Assembly (NCBI GenBank): GCA_041567315.1
Contig: JBFGCA010000005.1
Location: 10,858-74,857, forward strand
Direction: 5' to 3'
Origin: Thermoanaerobaculia bacterium
GTDB lineage: Bacteria > Acidobacteriota > Thermoanaerobaculia > Multivoradales > JAHEKO01
Length of the DNA stretch: 64,000 bases
In this document: in pieces, positions 18,661-27,390 of the stretch
Numbering within the stretch: position 1 is the first letter of the stretch
Layout of the letters: every line of letters begins with the position of its first letter
Notes under the pieces: generated by a model
The model's database searches: none
Told to the model about the DNA's origin: nothing
What the model saw: the letters and a program-made list of their open reading frames with translations, nothing else
Made by a program: the position numbers and the translations under genes

Positions 18661-19893
18661 TCACTGCTCGCGCGCGTAGACCAGCCGGTTGGGCCCGTCG
18701 CCGTGGTTGCGGACCACCCCCTCGGTGGCCCGCGACTCGACCAGCCCCTTGACCTCGGCCGGGGTGCTGCCGGGGGCACGCTCCAAGGTGAGGGCGGCCA
18801 CCCCGGCGGCGTGCGGCGAGGCCATCGAGGTGCCGCTCAGCACGTTGTCGCCGCCGCCGCGCCAGGCCGACAGCACGTCGACCCCGGGGCCGAAGACGTC
18901 GACGCACTGCCCCTGGTTGGAGAAGAAGGCGCGCCGGTCGCTGCGGTCGGTGGCGCCGGTGCCGATCGCCTGCTTCACCCGCGACGGCGAGCCGTCGCAG
19001 GCGTTCGAGGAGTCGTTGCCGGCCGCCACCACGTGCATCACGCCGGCCTCCAGCGAGCGGCAGACCGCGGTGTCGAGGCTGCGCGAGGGGTCGCCGCCGA
19101 GGCTCATGTTGGCGACCGCCGGCCAGCCGTTGGCCTCGACGTGGCCGGTCACCCAGTCGATGCCCTCGATGACGTCGGAGTCGGCGCCGGTGCCGTCGCG
19201 GAGCACCCTCACCGGGTGGATCACCACCTCGCGGGCCACCCCGAAGGTGCTGCCGCCGAGGGTGCCGGCGACGTGGGTGCCGTGCCCGTGGTCGTCGTCG
19301 AAGCGGTCGCCGAAGACGTTGTGCGCCTCGCCGAGGCGGCCGGCGAACTCCGGATGGTCGGCATCCACCCCGGTGTCGATGACGTAGGCGTGGACGCCGG
19401 CGCCGGTGGCGCCGGGCTCGTAGATCCCGTCGAGCGGCAGCTGGCGCTGATCGATGCGGTCCAGCCCCCAGGTGGAGGCGGCGCTCCCGGGCAGCGGGCC
19501 GATCGTCTTGCGGCCGTCCTCCTCGACGAAGAGCACCCGCTCGTCCCGGCGCAGCCGGTAGAGCTGGTCGGCGGTCAGGGTGGCGGCGAACTGGTCGACC
19601 GCGGCGTAGGCGTCGAGCGTCCGGATGCCGTACGAGGCGGCGAGGGCGCTCATCTCGGCGCCGATCTGGGCCGCGGTCCGCGCCCCCGGGCCGCCGCCGG
19701 GCCAGCCGGGCTTGAGGGTCACCACGTAGCGCCCCGGCTGGCGCTGCTTGACGCGGTAGAGGCGCGCTTTCTGCCGGCCGTCGCGCTCGGCGACGGCCTG
19801 CAGCTCGGTGGCGCAGTCGAAGGGCTCGGGCCCGGGGCAGCTGCCGCCGGCGGTCAACAGGCAGACGAGAACGAAAAGCGGAATGCGCGGCAT
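18661..19893 (-). CDS. S8 family serine peptidase (proteinase K/subtilisin-like with N-terminal I9 inhibitor propeptide)
   Basis: ATG at 19893 preceded by ggagg. Signal peptide [17 protein letters not shown]. Catalytic triad motifs: VIDTGV (Asp), HGTHVAGT (His), [11 protein letters not shown] (Ser). Confidence 0.85.
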   Translation of the reverse strand: MPRIPLFVLVCLLTAGGSCPGPEPFDCATELQAVAERDGRQKARLYRVKQRQPGRYVVTLKPGWPGGGPGARTAAQIGAEMSALAASYGIRTLDAYAAVDQFAATLTADQLYRLRRDERVLFVEEDGRKTIGPLPGSAASTWGLDRIDQRQLPLDGIYEPGATGAGVHAYVIDTGVDADHPEFAGRLGEAHNVFGDRFDDDHGHGTHVAGTLGGSTFGVAREVVIHPVRVLRDGTGADSDVIEGIDWVTGHVEANGWPAVANMSLGGDPSRSLDTAVCRSLEAGVMHVVAAGNDSSNACDGSPSRVKQAIGTGATDRSDRRAFFSNQGQCVDVFGPGVDVLSAWRGGGDNVLSGTSMASPHAAGVAALTLERAPGSTPAEVKGLVESRATEGVVRNHGDGPNRLVYAREQ

Positions 19894-20238
19894 GGACGGT
19901 TCCTCCACGGAGCAGGTGCGGGGGCGACGCGAGGGACCCACCGCCCCGGGGAAAGCGGCACCACCATTCTGACAGCTCCTCTCAGAGGCTCGCATTGTTC
20001 ACTTTGTGACTCGGCGCCGCGGCAGCGTCGAGACGCCGCAGTGGGTACAGGCACCGCGGGTGACGGTCCCCACCGGCTGGCCGGCCGGGCGAAACCCCGG
20101 CCGCTCGACCGCCGTAGAGGCCGATGAGTCACCTGGCGGCCGCCCCGCGGGCGCCGATTCGTGTCCTCGCGTCGCGCCAGCCGGGCTGGCGCCCGGTCTC
20201 GCCGATCGCCCGGCCGAGAGCCCAAGGAGGTCCCTTCC

Positions 20239-22098
20239 ATGCGCAGAGTCGTCATCGCTATCCTCGCCGCCGTGCTGACTGCAGGCAACGCCGCCGCCGC
20301 CGACCTCGAGGCCGGGCGCCGCGCCCTCGCCGAGCGCCTCGACGCCCTCCACGCCAACCCCGAGGGGCTGTCGGCGAGCGAGCGCCTGGAGGCCTACGTC
20401 GACCTCTTCTACGACTGGGTGATGTTCGAGCACCCCGAGTTCGCCACCTCGATCGGCCACCCCGAGGGCCACGACCGGTGGACCGACAACACCCTCGAAG
20501 GCATCGCCTGGCGCGAAGCCGAGACGGCACGGGCTCTCGAGGCGCTGCGGTCGATCGACCGCGCCGCGCTGACGGACGAGGAGCGGCTGAACTACGACCT
20601 GCTGCTCCGCGACCTGGAGCTCAACGTCGCCGGCGACCGCTTCCCCGGCAAGTACCTGGCCATCAACCAGATGGGCGGCGTGCAGCAGAACGTGGCGCGG
20701 ATGCTGGCCATCATGCAGGCCGGCACCGTCGAGCAGTACGAGGACGTCCTGGCCCGGCTGCGCGGCGTCCCGGCGCTGGTCGACCAGACCATCGTGCGCC
20801 TCGAGAAGGGGCTCGAGACCGGGGTCACCCCGCCCAGGGTGACGCTCCGCGACCTGCCCCAGCAGGTCCGCAACCTGCTGGTCGAGGAGCCGCTCGAGAG
20901 CCCGATGCTCAAGGCCTTCAACGAGTTTCCCGCCGACCTGCCGGCCGCCGAGCAGACGCGGCTGCGCGACGAGGCCGTCGAGGTCTTCCGCGACCAGGTC
21001 GCGCCGGCCTACCGGCGGCTCCTGGCCTACGTCGAGGAGACCTACCTGCCAGGCGCCCGCGAGGAGATCGCGATGAGCGCGCTCCCCGACGGCGAGGCCT
21101 GGTACGCCCTGCGGGTCAGGGAGATGACCACCACCGACCTCAACCCGCGCCAGATCCACGAGATCGGGCTCGCCGAGGTGGCCCGCATCCGCGCCGAGAT
21201 GGACCGGGTGATCGCCGAGTCCGGCTTCGAGGGCACCTTCGAGGAGTTCACCGAGTTCCTGCGCACCGACCCGCGCTTCTACTTCGAGACCCCCGAGGAG
21301 CTGCTCCGTGCCTACCGCGACATCGCCAAGCGCGCCGACGCCGAGCTGCCCGCCCTGTTCCGCACCCTGCCGCGGCTGCCCTACGGCATCGTGCCGGTGC
21401 CGGCCTACGCCGAGAAGTCGCAGACCACCGCCTACTACGAGCGCGGCTCGCTCGAGGCCGGGCGCCCCGGCCGCTTTTTCGCCAACACCTACGACCTGCC
21501 CAGCCGGCCGAGCTGGGAGATGGAGGCGCTGACCCTCCACGAGGCGGTGCCCGGGCACCACCTGCAGATCGCCATTGCCCAGGAGCTCGAGGACCTGCCC
21601 TGGTTCCGGCGCTTCGGCGGCGAGACCGCCTTCATCGAGGGCTGGGGCCTCTATGCCGAGAGCCTGGGCGAGGAGATGGGCTTCTACCAGGACCCCTACG
21701 CCAAGTTCGGGCAGCTCACCTACGAGATCTGGCGCGCCATCCGCCTGGTGGTCGACACCGGCATGCACGCCCTGGGCTGGAGCCGCCAGCAGGCGATCGA
21801 CTACTTCCGCGAGAACACCGGCAAGGCCGAGCACGACATAACAGTCGAAGTCGACCGCTACATCGTCTGGCCCGGCCAGGCCCTGGCCTACAAGATCGGC
21901 GAGCTCAAGATCAAAGAGCTCCGCGCCATGGCCAAGCAGGAGCTCGGCGAGCGCTTCGACCTCCGCGCCTTCCACGACCGCCTGCTCGCCAACGGCGCCC
22001 TCCCCCTCTCGGTCCTCGAGACCCACGTCGAAGAGTGGGTCACCGCCCAGAAGGCGGCCGCGGACGGCGACGTCCAGCTAGCCGCCGGCGGCGGCTAG
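20239..22098 (+). CDS. DUF885 domain-containing protein (secreted)
   Basis: ATG at 20239 preceded by aaggagg. Signal peptide MRRVVIAILAAVLTAGNAAAA. Conserved DUF885 core with HEAVPGHHLQ and GWGLYAE motifs. Confidence 0.75.
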   Translation: MRRVVIAILAAVLTAGNAAAADLEAGRRALAERLDALHANPEGLSASERLEAYVDLFYDWVMFEHPEFATSIGHPEGHDRWTDNTLEGIAWREAETARALEALRSIDRAALTDEERLNYDLLLRDLELNVAGDRFPGKYLAINQMGGVQQNVARMLAIMQAGTVEQYEDVLARLRGVPALVDQTIVRLEKGLETGVTPPRVTLRDLPQQVRNLLVEEPLESPMLKAFNEFPADLPAAEQTRLRDEAVEVFRDQVAPAYRRLLAYVEETYLPGAREEIAMSALPDGEAWYALRVREMTTTDLNPRQIHEIGLAEVARIRAEMDRVIAESGFEGTFEEFTEFLRTDPRFYFETPEELLRAYRDIAKRADAELPALFRTLPRLPYGIVPVPAYAEKSQTTAYYERGSLEAGRPGRFFANTYDLPSRPSWEMEALTLHEAVPGHHLQIAIAQELEDLPWFRRFGGETAFIEGWGLYAESLGEEMGFYQDPYAKFGQLTYEIWRAIRLVVDTGMHALGWSRQQAIDYFRENTGKAEHDITVEVDRYIVWPGQALAYKIGELKIKELRAMAKQELGERFDLRAFHDRLLANGALPLSVLETHVEEWVTAQKAAADGDVQLAAGGG

Positions 22099-23975
22099 AA
22101 CTCGTCGCACTGGGTAACCCCTTCGCACCAGTTGGCCAGGGTGGCCCAGTTGGACCAGGTGGTGCCGAATTCACTGGTCACCACACAGCGGTATCTGCCG
22201 AAGTCCTGTTCCTGGACGTTGTGGACCTGCAAGAAGGTCGTCGTGGTGCCGGAGAAGGTCCCGTTCCCGTCGACGAGATTGACCGGCAGTCCGCCCTTGA
22301 CCTCCTGCTGCCACTGGTAGGCAAGCGTGCCTTCACCGGTGGCGCGGACCTCGAACCACCCCAAGCCGCCGTAGGGGGCCAGGACGTCCTGGGGCTGCAT
22401 CGTGATGACCGGTGCGAGCGACACCTCGAGGTGGAGCGCCGCCGGGGTGGACGACCACGGGCTCGAGAGGGTCACGGTCGTGCCTGCCGGAGTGACCGTG
22501 CCGGTCGAGGTCGCGCCGTCGGTGACCCGAAACCACTGGTAGTCATAGACGACGCCGCTCTGGACGGCCGACAGCGAGACGACCGCCTGGTTCGCCGGCT
22601 TGTACGCCAGGTACTCGTCGCCCGGGTCGGCGAGCGCGAAGTTCGTGCTCGAGAGATTTCCGCGGGGCGCCATCGCCGCGAGGCCGATCTGCTCGGACCA
22701 TCCCTTGATGTGGCTCATGCTGTCGCGCAGCGCCAGGTGATGCGGCAGCTCGACGAGACCCCACGGGTTGTCCTCGAAGTGAGAGTCCATGAACGCGAAG
22801 TGGTACCCGCGCGTGAAGGCCTTCCAGCTCCAGCCTCGCGGGTCGGTGATGATCGGTGGTGGGTTGCCGCCGCCCTGACAGCCGCCGCAGATGTGATCGG
22901 TGTCGAGGATGATGATCCGACCCAGCGCGGCCGACCCGGGGTACCGGAAGTTGTTGGGCGGTGGCCCGCCGTTCTGACCGTTGAAGTCTCCTGACACCCC
23001 GGGTGCCGATCGCCCGTTCGGGGACAGCACCTCCGCATCGGTGCTCAGCAGCAGGCCGTTCACCAGGTGGTTCCTGCCCGGCTGGACCATCGCGCTCATC
23101 CACACCGGATGGGGGTCGTAGCCCTGGGTCGTCTCCCAGCTTCGGATCTCGGCCATGATCTGCTCCTGCCATTCGAAGCCCTCCCAGGGTGCGGCGTTGC
23201 CGACCCAGCCCTCGTTGCCGACCTCCCAGATCACCGGCAGGTGGTGCAGCTCGTCGACGACCTGCCGCAGGTAGTGCCGCTGCTGGTCGAACAGGTCGGA
23301 GTCCACCGGCGGGTAGGTCGACGTCTCCCATCCCTCGCAGTCGTTGTTCGGGTCCCCGTCGATGCCGTTGACGTTGTTGTCGCGCTGGAACCCGTGGGTG
23401 TACCAGTCGAAATCCTCCTCGGCCAGGTTGCCTCCCACCAGCACGCAGTTCTGCTGGCGGTCGCCGTAGGTGATCGGCTCGAAGAACATGACGCTCATGG
23501 AGACGCCCCGCTGGAGGGCGTCGCCGACGCGGGAGTCGACCCTGTTGATGTAGCTCAGGTTCAGCAGGTCCAGGTTGACCTTCGGGCGGCCGTCGTTGCC
23601 GGTCCCCGACTGCCGCTGCCAGATCGGCGGGTCGAATCGCATGTCCACCTGGGCCAGGATCGTCGTCTCCCAGGCCCAGCCCCGCATGAAGTTGAAGTCG
23701 TTGTCGATCGTCAGGTAGTCCAGCAGGTCGTTGAAGTCGAGACGGGTCGCATTGGTCGGCCAGGCCCCCTGGCGCCAGTCCTGGAAGTTGTTCCAGACGT
23801 GTGATCCCACCATCAGAACGGCCTTCTGGTCGGGATCGCCCTCCACCATGAAGTACCGCGGGTTGGCCGGGTGGACGATCAAACGGCCGGAGGTCTCGGC
23901 GGCAAAGGCCTCTGCGGCGACGGCCCCCAGGCAGAGGCCGAGTAAGAGCATGATCCGCTGGCATCTCGAGAGCAT
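22095..23975 (-). CDS. Secreted TIM-barrel glycoside-hydrolase-like protein (GH5-like NEGW motif) with a C-terminal immunoglobulin I-set-like domain
   Basis: ATG preceded by gggagg. Signal peptide MLSRCQRIMLLLGLCLGAVAAEAFA. IWEVGNEGW resembles the GH5-type catalytic NE(P) motif. C-terminal ~100 aa carries a canonical Ig-fold D-x-G-x-Y-x-C motif (QEQDFGRYRCVVTSEFG) plus an earlier W (AYQWQQ). Codon usage and GC (~60-62%) are clearly lower than the flanks (~72%). The coordinates are the ORF track's 1881-nt frame (22095-23975). My line count puts the ATG (MLSRCQRI) at 23972-23974, which is out of frame by 1 nt, so the 5' end is uncertain by 1 nt. Confidence 0.6.
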   Translation of the reverse strand: MLSRCQRIMLLLGLCLGAVAAEAFAAETSGRLIVHPANPRYFMVEGDPDQKAVLMVGSHVWNNFQDWRQGAWPTNATRLDFNDLLDYLTIDNDFNFMRGWAWETTILAQVDMRFDPPIWQRQSGTGNDGRPKVNLDLLNLSYINRVDSRVGDALQRGVSMSVMFFEPITYGDRQQNCVLVGGNLAEEDFDWYTHGFQRDNNVNGIDGDPNNDCEGWETSTYPPVDSDLFDQQRHYLRQVVDELHHLPVIWEVGNEGWVGNAAPWEGFEWQEQIMAEIRSWETTQGYDPHPVWMSAMVQPGRNHLVNGLLLSTDAEVLSPNGRSAPGVSGDFNGQNGGPPPNNFRYPGSAALGRIIILDTDHICGGCQGGGNPPPIITDPRGWSWKAFTRGYHFAFMDSHFEDNPWGLVELPHHLALRDSMSHIKGWSEQIGLAAMAPRGNLSSTNFALADPGDEYLAYKPANQAVVSLSAVQSGVVYDYQWFRVTDGATSTGTVTPAGTTVTLSSPWSSTPAALHLEVSLAPVITMQPQDVLAPYGGLGWFEVRATGEGTLAYQWQQEVKGGLPVNLVDGNGTFSGTTTTFLQVHNVQEQDFGRYRCVVTSEFGTTWSNWATLANWCEGVTQCDEF

Positions 23976-24184
23976 CGAAACCTCCCTTCGTAGCGTGTGC
24001 CAAGAATCTGGCAGTGGCGGGGCCCTTGGGTCGTGACGAAGGTGTGACGGTCTTGCGCAGTTGGCTGACGGTTGCCCGTCGAGGCGGTTGGCGCTCTAAC
24101 TCGGCTCCGCGACGGTGTCGGCTGGCAACGGTCCTCGATGGGGTGAAACGAGCCGCCGTTGGGCCTCCGGTGGCTTGCCGGCTG

Positions 24185-24201
24185 GTACAGCTTTCTGTAC
24201 A
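24185..24201. promoter_or_regulatory. Putative YefM-YoeB operator: GTACAG-N4-CTGTACA inverted repeat 8 nt upstream of the yefM ATG
   Basis: Sequence ggtacagctttctgtacaattgagtcATG. The E. coli yefM-yoeB operator repeats are built around a TGTACA core (recalled from the literature). Confidence 0.5.
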
Positions 24202-24209
24202 ATTGAGTC

Positions 24210-24491
24210 ATGGCCCGCGTCACCACCTACAGCGACGCCCGCGCCCACCTCAAGAGCTACTGCGACGAGGTCGCCGAGAGCGGCGAGCCGCTGATCATCA
24301 AGCGCCGCTCCGGCGCCGACGTCGCCCTGGTCAGCGTCGACGAGCTGGCCGGCCTGGAAGAGACGGCCCACCTGCTGCGCTCGCCGAAGAGCGTTAAGCG
24401 CCTGTTCGAGTCCCTCGAAGAGGTCCGCTCGGGCGGCGGGGCCGTGCTGACGATCGAGGAGCTGCAGCACAAGCTCGGCCTCGATGGCTGA
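24210..24491 (+). CDS. yefM: Type II toxin-antitoxin system Phd/YefM family antitoxin
   Basis: 93 aa, MARVTTYSDARAHLKSYCDEVAESGEPLIIKRRSGADVALVSVDELAGLEETAHLLRSP, a typical YefM fold sequence. Overlaps the downstream toxin gene by 8 nt. Confidence 0.85.
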   Translation: MARVTTYSDARAHLKSYCDEVAESGEPLIIKRRSGADVALVSVDELAGLEETAHLLRSPKSVKRLFESLEEVRSGGGAVLTIEELQHKLGLDG

Positions 24492-24747
24492 GCGCCGGGC
24501 GGTCTTCTCGACCCACTTTCTCGACGACCTCGACTTCTGGGTGCGGACCGACCGTAAGGTCGCGCGGCGCCTCCTCGCCATCGTCCGGCAGACCCTTCGC
24601 GATCCCTTCCAAGGGATCGGCAAGCCCGAGCCCCTCCGCCGCCGCCTCGCCGGTCTCTGGTCGCGGCGCCTGACCCAGGAGCACCGGGTCGTCTACGAGG
24701 TCACCGCCGACGCGGTCAACTTCCTCCAGGCGCGGTACCACTACTGA
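24484..24747 (+). CDS. yoeB: Txe/YoeB family addiction module toxin (ribosome-dependent mRNA interferase)
   Basis: 87 aa, FSTHFLDDLDFWVRTDRKVARRLLAIVRQTLRDPFQGIGKPEPLRRRLAGLWSRRLTQEHRVVYEV, ending ...RYHY with YoeB catalytic residues. Confidence 0.85.
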   Translation: MAERRAVFSTHFLDDLDFWVRTDRKVARRLLAIVRQTLRDPFQGIGKPEPLRRRLAGLWSRRLTQEHRVVYEVTADAVNFLQARYHY

Positions 24748-24807
24748 GGAAGACCCGAGCCCTGCGGTCCCTTCGGTGCGCAGCCGGACGACCTGCGGCG
24801 GGCGAGC

Positions 24808-25626
24808 TCAGTGCAGCTCGTCGAGGTCGGCCACGCACCGCTCCAGCTCACCCAGGAGCGCTAGGCCGGCGTCGGTCAGGAGATGGTCCTTGGAGCGCAG
24901 CTCTGCGACGGTGGGCTTCAGCGGCTCGAGGAACTTGCGCGACCGCTCGGGCGTCGCCGCCTTGGCGAAGAAATCAGCCAGCGCGGCCGCGACACAGGCC
25001 GAATGGAAGGCGAGGTCGTAGGGTCGCCGCGTCTTGAGAACGGCGCTGAGCACCAGCGCGTCCTGGCCCGTCATCTCGCGCGGCTCGCGGACGAACAGGC
25101 GCCGGACCATGTCGCGGAGAAACACGCCCTGGTGCGTCGCCTCGTGGAGGATGGTCTCGGCGTAGTCCACGGCGTCCCACGAGGGGGACGGATCGAACCA
25201 GACGACCCCCAGCGAGTCCCCGAAGCTGCCGCCGCCGACCCCGGACTCCCTGGCGCACAGGAAGCAGCCGACCAGCAGGTCGATCGCCTCGACGACCCGG
25301 GGGTCGTACCGCTCCAGCAGCTCGAACCCGGCCCGGGCCTCCTCGCGGATCTCGGCCTGCTCGTCTTCGCTGAAGGCATGCTCCTCGGTCACCTGATCGA
25401 CCTTCAGGAAGTGCCGGACGATCGGGAGGTTGACGGGATGGAGAACCTCGAAATCGAAGAAAGGACCGCCACCATCCGCCGATGTCCGGAACGGCCGCGG
25501 CTGCACCCGGTTGAGAGCGGCGAAGTACCCAGCCGGCAGCTCCGGCCGCGCCGACTCCGGCTTCACGAACTCGACGAGGAGATGGGCGCTGCCCCTCACC
25601 TCGTCGGGATCGAGAACAGTCAACAT
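24808..25626 (-). CDS. HEXXH motif domain-containing protein (possible aKG-HExxH-type peptide-modifying enzyme; not a classical zincin)
   Basis: ATG at 25626. 272 aa with a single HEATH motif in AETILHEATHQGVF. No signal peptide, and no other protease motifs recognised. Family assignment (mod_HExxH-like, TIGR04267) is from recalled similarity only. Confidence 0.5.
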   Translation of the reverse strand: MLTVLDPDEVRGSAHLLVEFVKPESARPELPAGYFAALNRVQPRPFRTSADGGGPFFDFEVLHPVNLPIVRHFLKVDQVTEEHAFSEDEQAEIREEARAGFELLERYDPRVVEAIDLLVGCFLCARESGVGGGSFGDSLGVVWFDPSPSWDAVDYAETILHEATHQGVFLRDMVRRLFVREPREMTGQDALVLSAVLKTRRPYDLAFHSACVAAALADFFAKAATPERSRKFLEPLKPTVAELRSKDHLLTDAGLALLGELERCVADLDELH

Positions 25627-25714
25627 CGAAGGCTCAGGAGCCTCGGCCGGCGCTAAACGCAGGCGGTGTCCGGCGCTGCGCGCGACAGCGTCGAATCGCG
25701 AGCAGAGACCTCCG

Positions 25715-25990
25715 CTAGCCCTGCGGCTCGGGCTTCGCGGGCGTCACCTCGCTCACGCTCTCCCGCTGCAGCCTCAAGAACCGCTTGATGTTGACGGCGG
25801 TCATCTCGGCCGACGCCGCGGTCTCCTCGGCCGCCTCGACCAGCACGGGGGGCAGGATGATGACCTGCGTCGCTTCCGCCTGCTGCACCCTCAGGTACCG
25901 GCGAATGTTCGCCGCCGCCCTCTCGGCGGCCCGTCTCGCCGCCTCGGCCGCTCTGAGCGCCTCCTTCGCCGCCTCTTCGGCGTTGCTCAT
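25715..25990 (-). CDS. Small Ala/Glu/Arg-rich protein (91 aa) with an internal tandem repeat (NIRRYLRVQ / NIKRFLRLQ); function unknown, possible peptide substrate
   Basis: ATG at 25990 (codon arithmetic), preceded by ggaaggaggcgtgcg (strong Shine-Dalgarno). Sequence MSNAEEAAKEALRAAEAARRAAERAAANIRRYLRVQQAEATQVIILPPVLVEAAEETAASAEMTAVNIKRFLRLQRESVSEVTPAKPEPQG. Sits 88 nt upstream of, and co-directional with, the HEXXH protein gene. Confidence 0.55.
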   Translation of the reverse strand: MSNAEEAAKEALRAAEAARRAAERAAANIRRYLRVQQAEATQVIILPPVLVEAAEETAASAEMTAVNIKRFLRLQRESVSEVTPAKPEPQG

Positions 25991-26307
25991 CGCACGCCTC
26001 CTTCCAAAGCCATTCAGTTGGAGCGACCCGGCCAAGGTACCACAGGCCCGACGCCCTTCGCGTCCACGGCGAGCGGTACCATCGGCGGAGGAGCCACGAA
26101 GGGCCAGGTTCTGAAACGGAGGATCCATCTCGCTCGCACCCACGAAGCGCACGCCCTGGGCGAAGACCACCTCCACCGGGAAGCGGTCACGCGCGCGGCC
26201 CCGCCGCGCTCGCCAGCCGACCCAACGGACTTACACCACGGGCTGCTAGGCGGAGCGGGCCGCCGGGGCGGCCGCGCACCCCTTGAACGGCCGGGCCGGC
26301 GGCCGGC

Positions 26308-27294
26308 TCAGGCGAGGTGGCGCTGCTCGCCGACCGCGTAGGCCTCGCGGACCCAGTCCAGCACTTCCTTGTCGAGGTCCTCGGCCCTCGTCACCCGCAG
26401 CAGGTGGACGTGGTCGGTGGGGGTCAGGGTCTCGACCTTGCGGAAGCGCGGGCTCTCGACCCGCTTGGGGAGCCAGAAGCCGACGTCGAGCCAGCGCTTC
26501 TTCGGCGTCGCGCCGAGGAAGCGCACCCGGACCAGGAAGGCGACGTGGTCACGGTAGGCCTGGACGTGGACCGGCCCCACGGATTCGACCATCGTTCGCA
26601 GGTGCTGGAAGAGCCGACGGACCGCCGGCATGCTGCGGGCGAAGGGCTCGTCGAGCGAGTAGTGCCGGCAGCTGTGCCACTGGTTGGGGTTGACGAAGAC
26701 GTGGCCACACTTCGGGCAGGTCCACAGCGGTCGCCGCCGCAGCGCGGCCCGGCCCGTCTTGACTGGGCCCTTCTTGACGGGCCCGGTCTCGCCCTTGACC
26801 TGGGCCACGAGGACCTCGATCCGCTGGGCTCGTCGCTCGGCGGTCTCGGCTACGTCCACCCAGCGCTGCAGCTCGTGCCGGTGGCTGGCGCTCTTGGCGG
26901 CGAAGGCGGCGGTCGCCCCGGCCTTCCGTAGCGCCGCCGCCATGTCCCGGGCGACCGGCACCTCCTCCCAGGGCACGGCCCGCAGCACGAGCTCCACCCG
27001 GTCGCCGGCCGCGATCCTGGCGCCGGCGGCGGATCGGCCGGCGCCACGGACTCGTCTGCCGAACCCCGCCCGCGCCGCCGCGCGCATCCCGGCGTGGAGG
27101 AACAGCCAGTGTCCGCCGCCGCGCGGCACCAGGCTCCCGCGGATCTCGGTCCCCTCGAGCGTCCCGAAGACCCGCACGCGGCCGCGGTCGGCGTAGCGCG
27201 AGAAGACCGTGGCCACCGAGGCGGGAACGACCACGTAGAAGTTGGGTCCCTGCTTCAGGACCTCCGCAGTGAAGCGCTGGGGTCGGGAGGGCAC
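26308..27294 (-). CDS. DUF1905 / YdeI-OmpD-associated / DUF5655 multi-domain protein
   Basis: N-terminal DUF1905-like segment (VVVPASVATVFSRYADRGRVRVFGTLEGTEIRGSLVPRGGGHWLFLH). Middle YdeI/OmpD-associated-like region. C-terminal CPKCGHVF...WHSCRHYS Cys/His cluster, DUF5655-like. Confidence 0.6.
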   Translation of the reverse strand: MPSRPQRFTAEVLKQGPNFYVVVPASVATVFSRYADRGRVRVFGTLEGTEIRGSLVPRGGGHWLFLHAGMRAAARAGFGRRVRGAGRSAAGARIAAGDRVELVLRAVPWEEVPVARDMAAALRKAGATAAFAAKSASHRHELQRWVDVAETAERRAQRIEVLVAQVKGETGPVKKGPVKTGRAALRRRPLWTCPKCGHVFVNPNQWHSCRHYSLDEPFARSMPAVRRLFQHLRTMVESVGPVHVQAYRDHVAFLVRVRFLGATPKKRWLDVGFWLPKRVESPRFRKVETLTPTDHVHLLRVTRAEDLDKEVLDWVREAYAVGEQRHLA

Positions 27295-27390
27295 GGGCTC
27301 GATTCTAGGGGCGCCGGGTTGACTTCCAATTGGACCTGTAGCATACTAGTTTGCAACACAAACTTTAGATCGAGCCGCCAGCGAGACGCC

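Noticed and set aside
19998-20010. TTCAC-TTTG-TGAC palindromic patch in the 345-nt intergenic region upstream of the DUF885 gene, considered as a LexA/SOS box
   Set aside because: It does not match the GAAC-N4-GTTC or TCGAAC-type LexA consensus and has no DNA-damage gene context.
19999-24003. Antisense ORFs 19999-22026 (675 aa) and 22543-24003 (486 aa)
   Set aside because: Opposite the DUF885 and glycoside-hydrolase-like genes, which have strong RBSs and signal peptides. Arg/Gly-rich, no domains.
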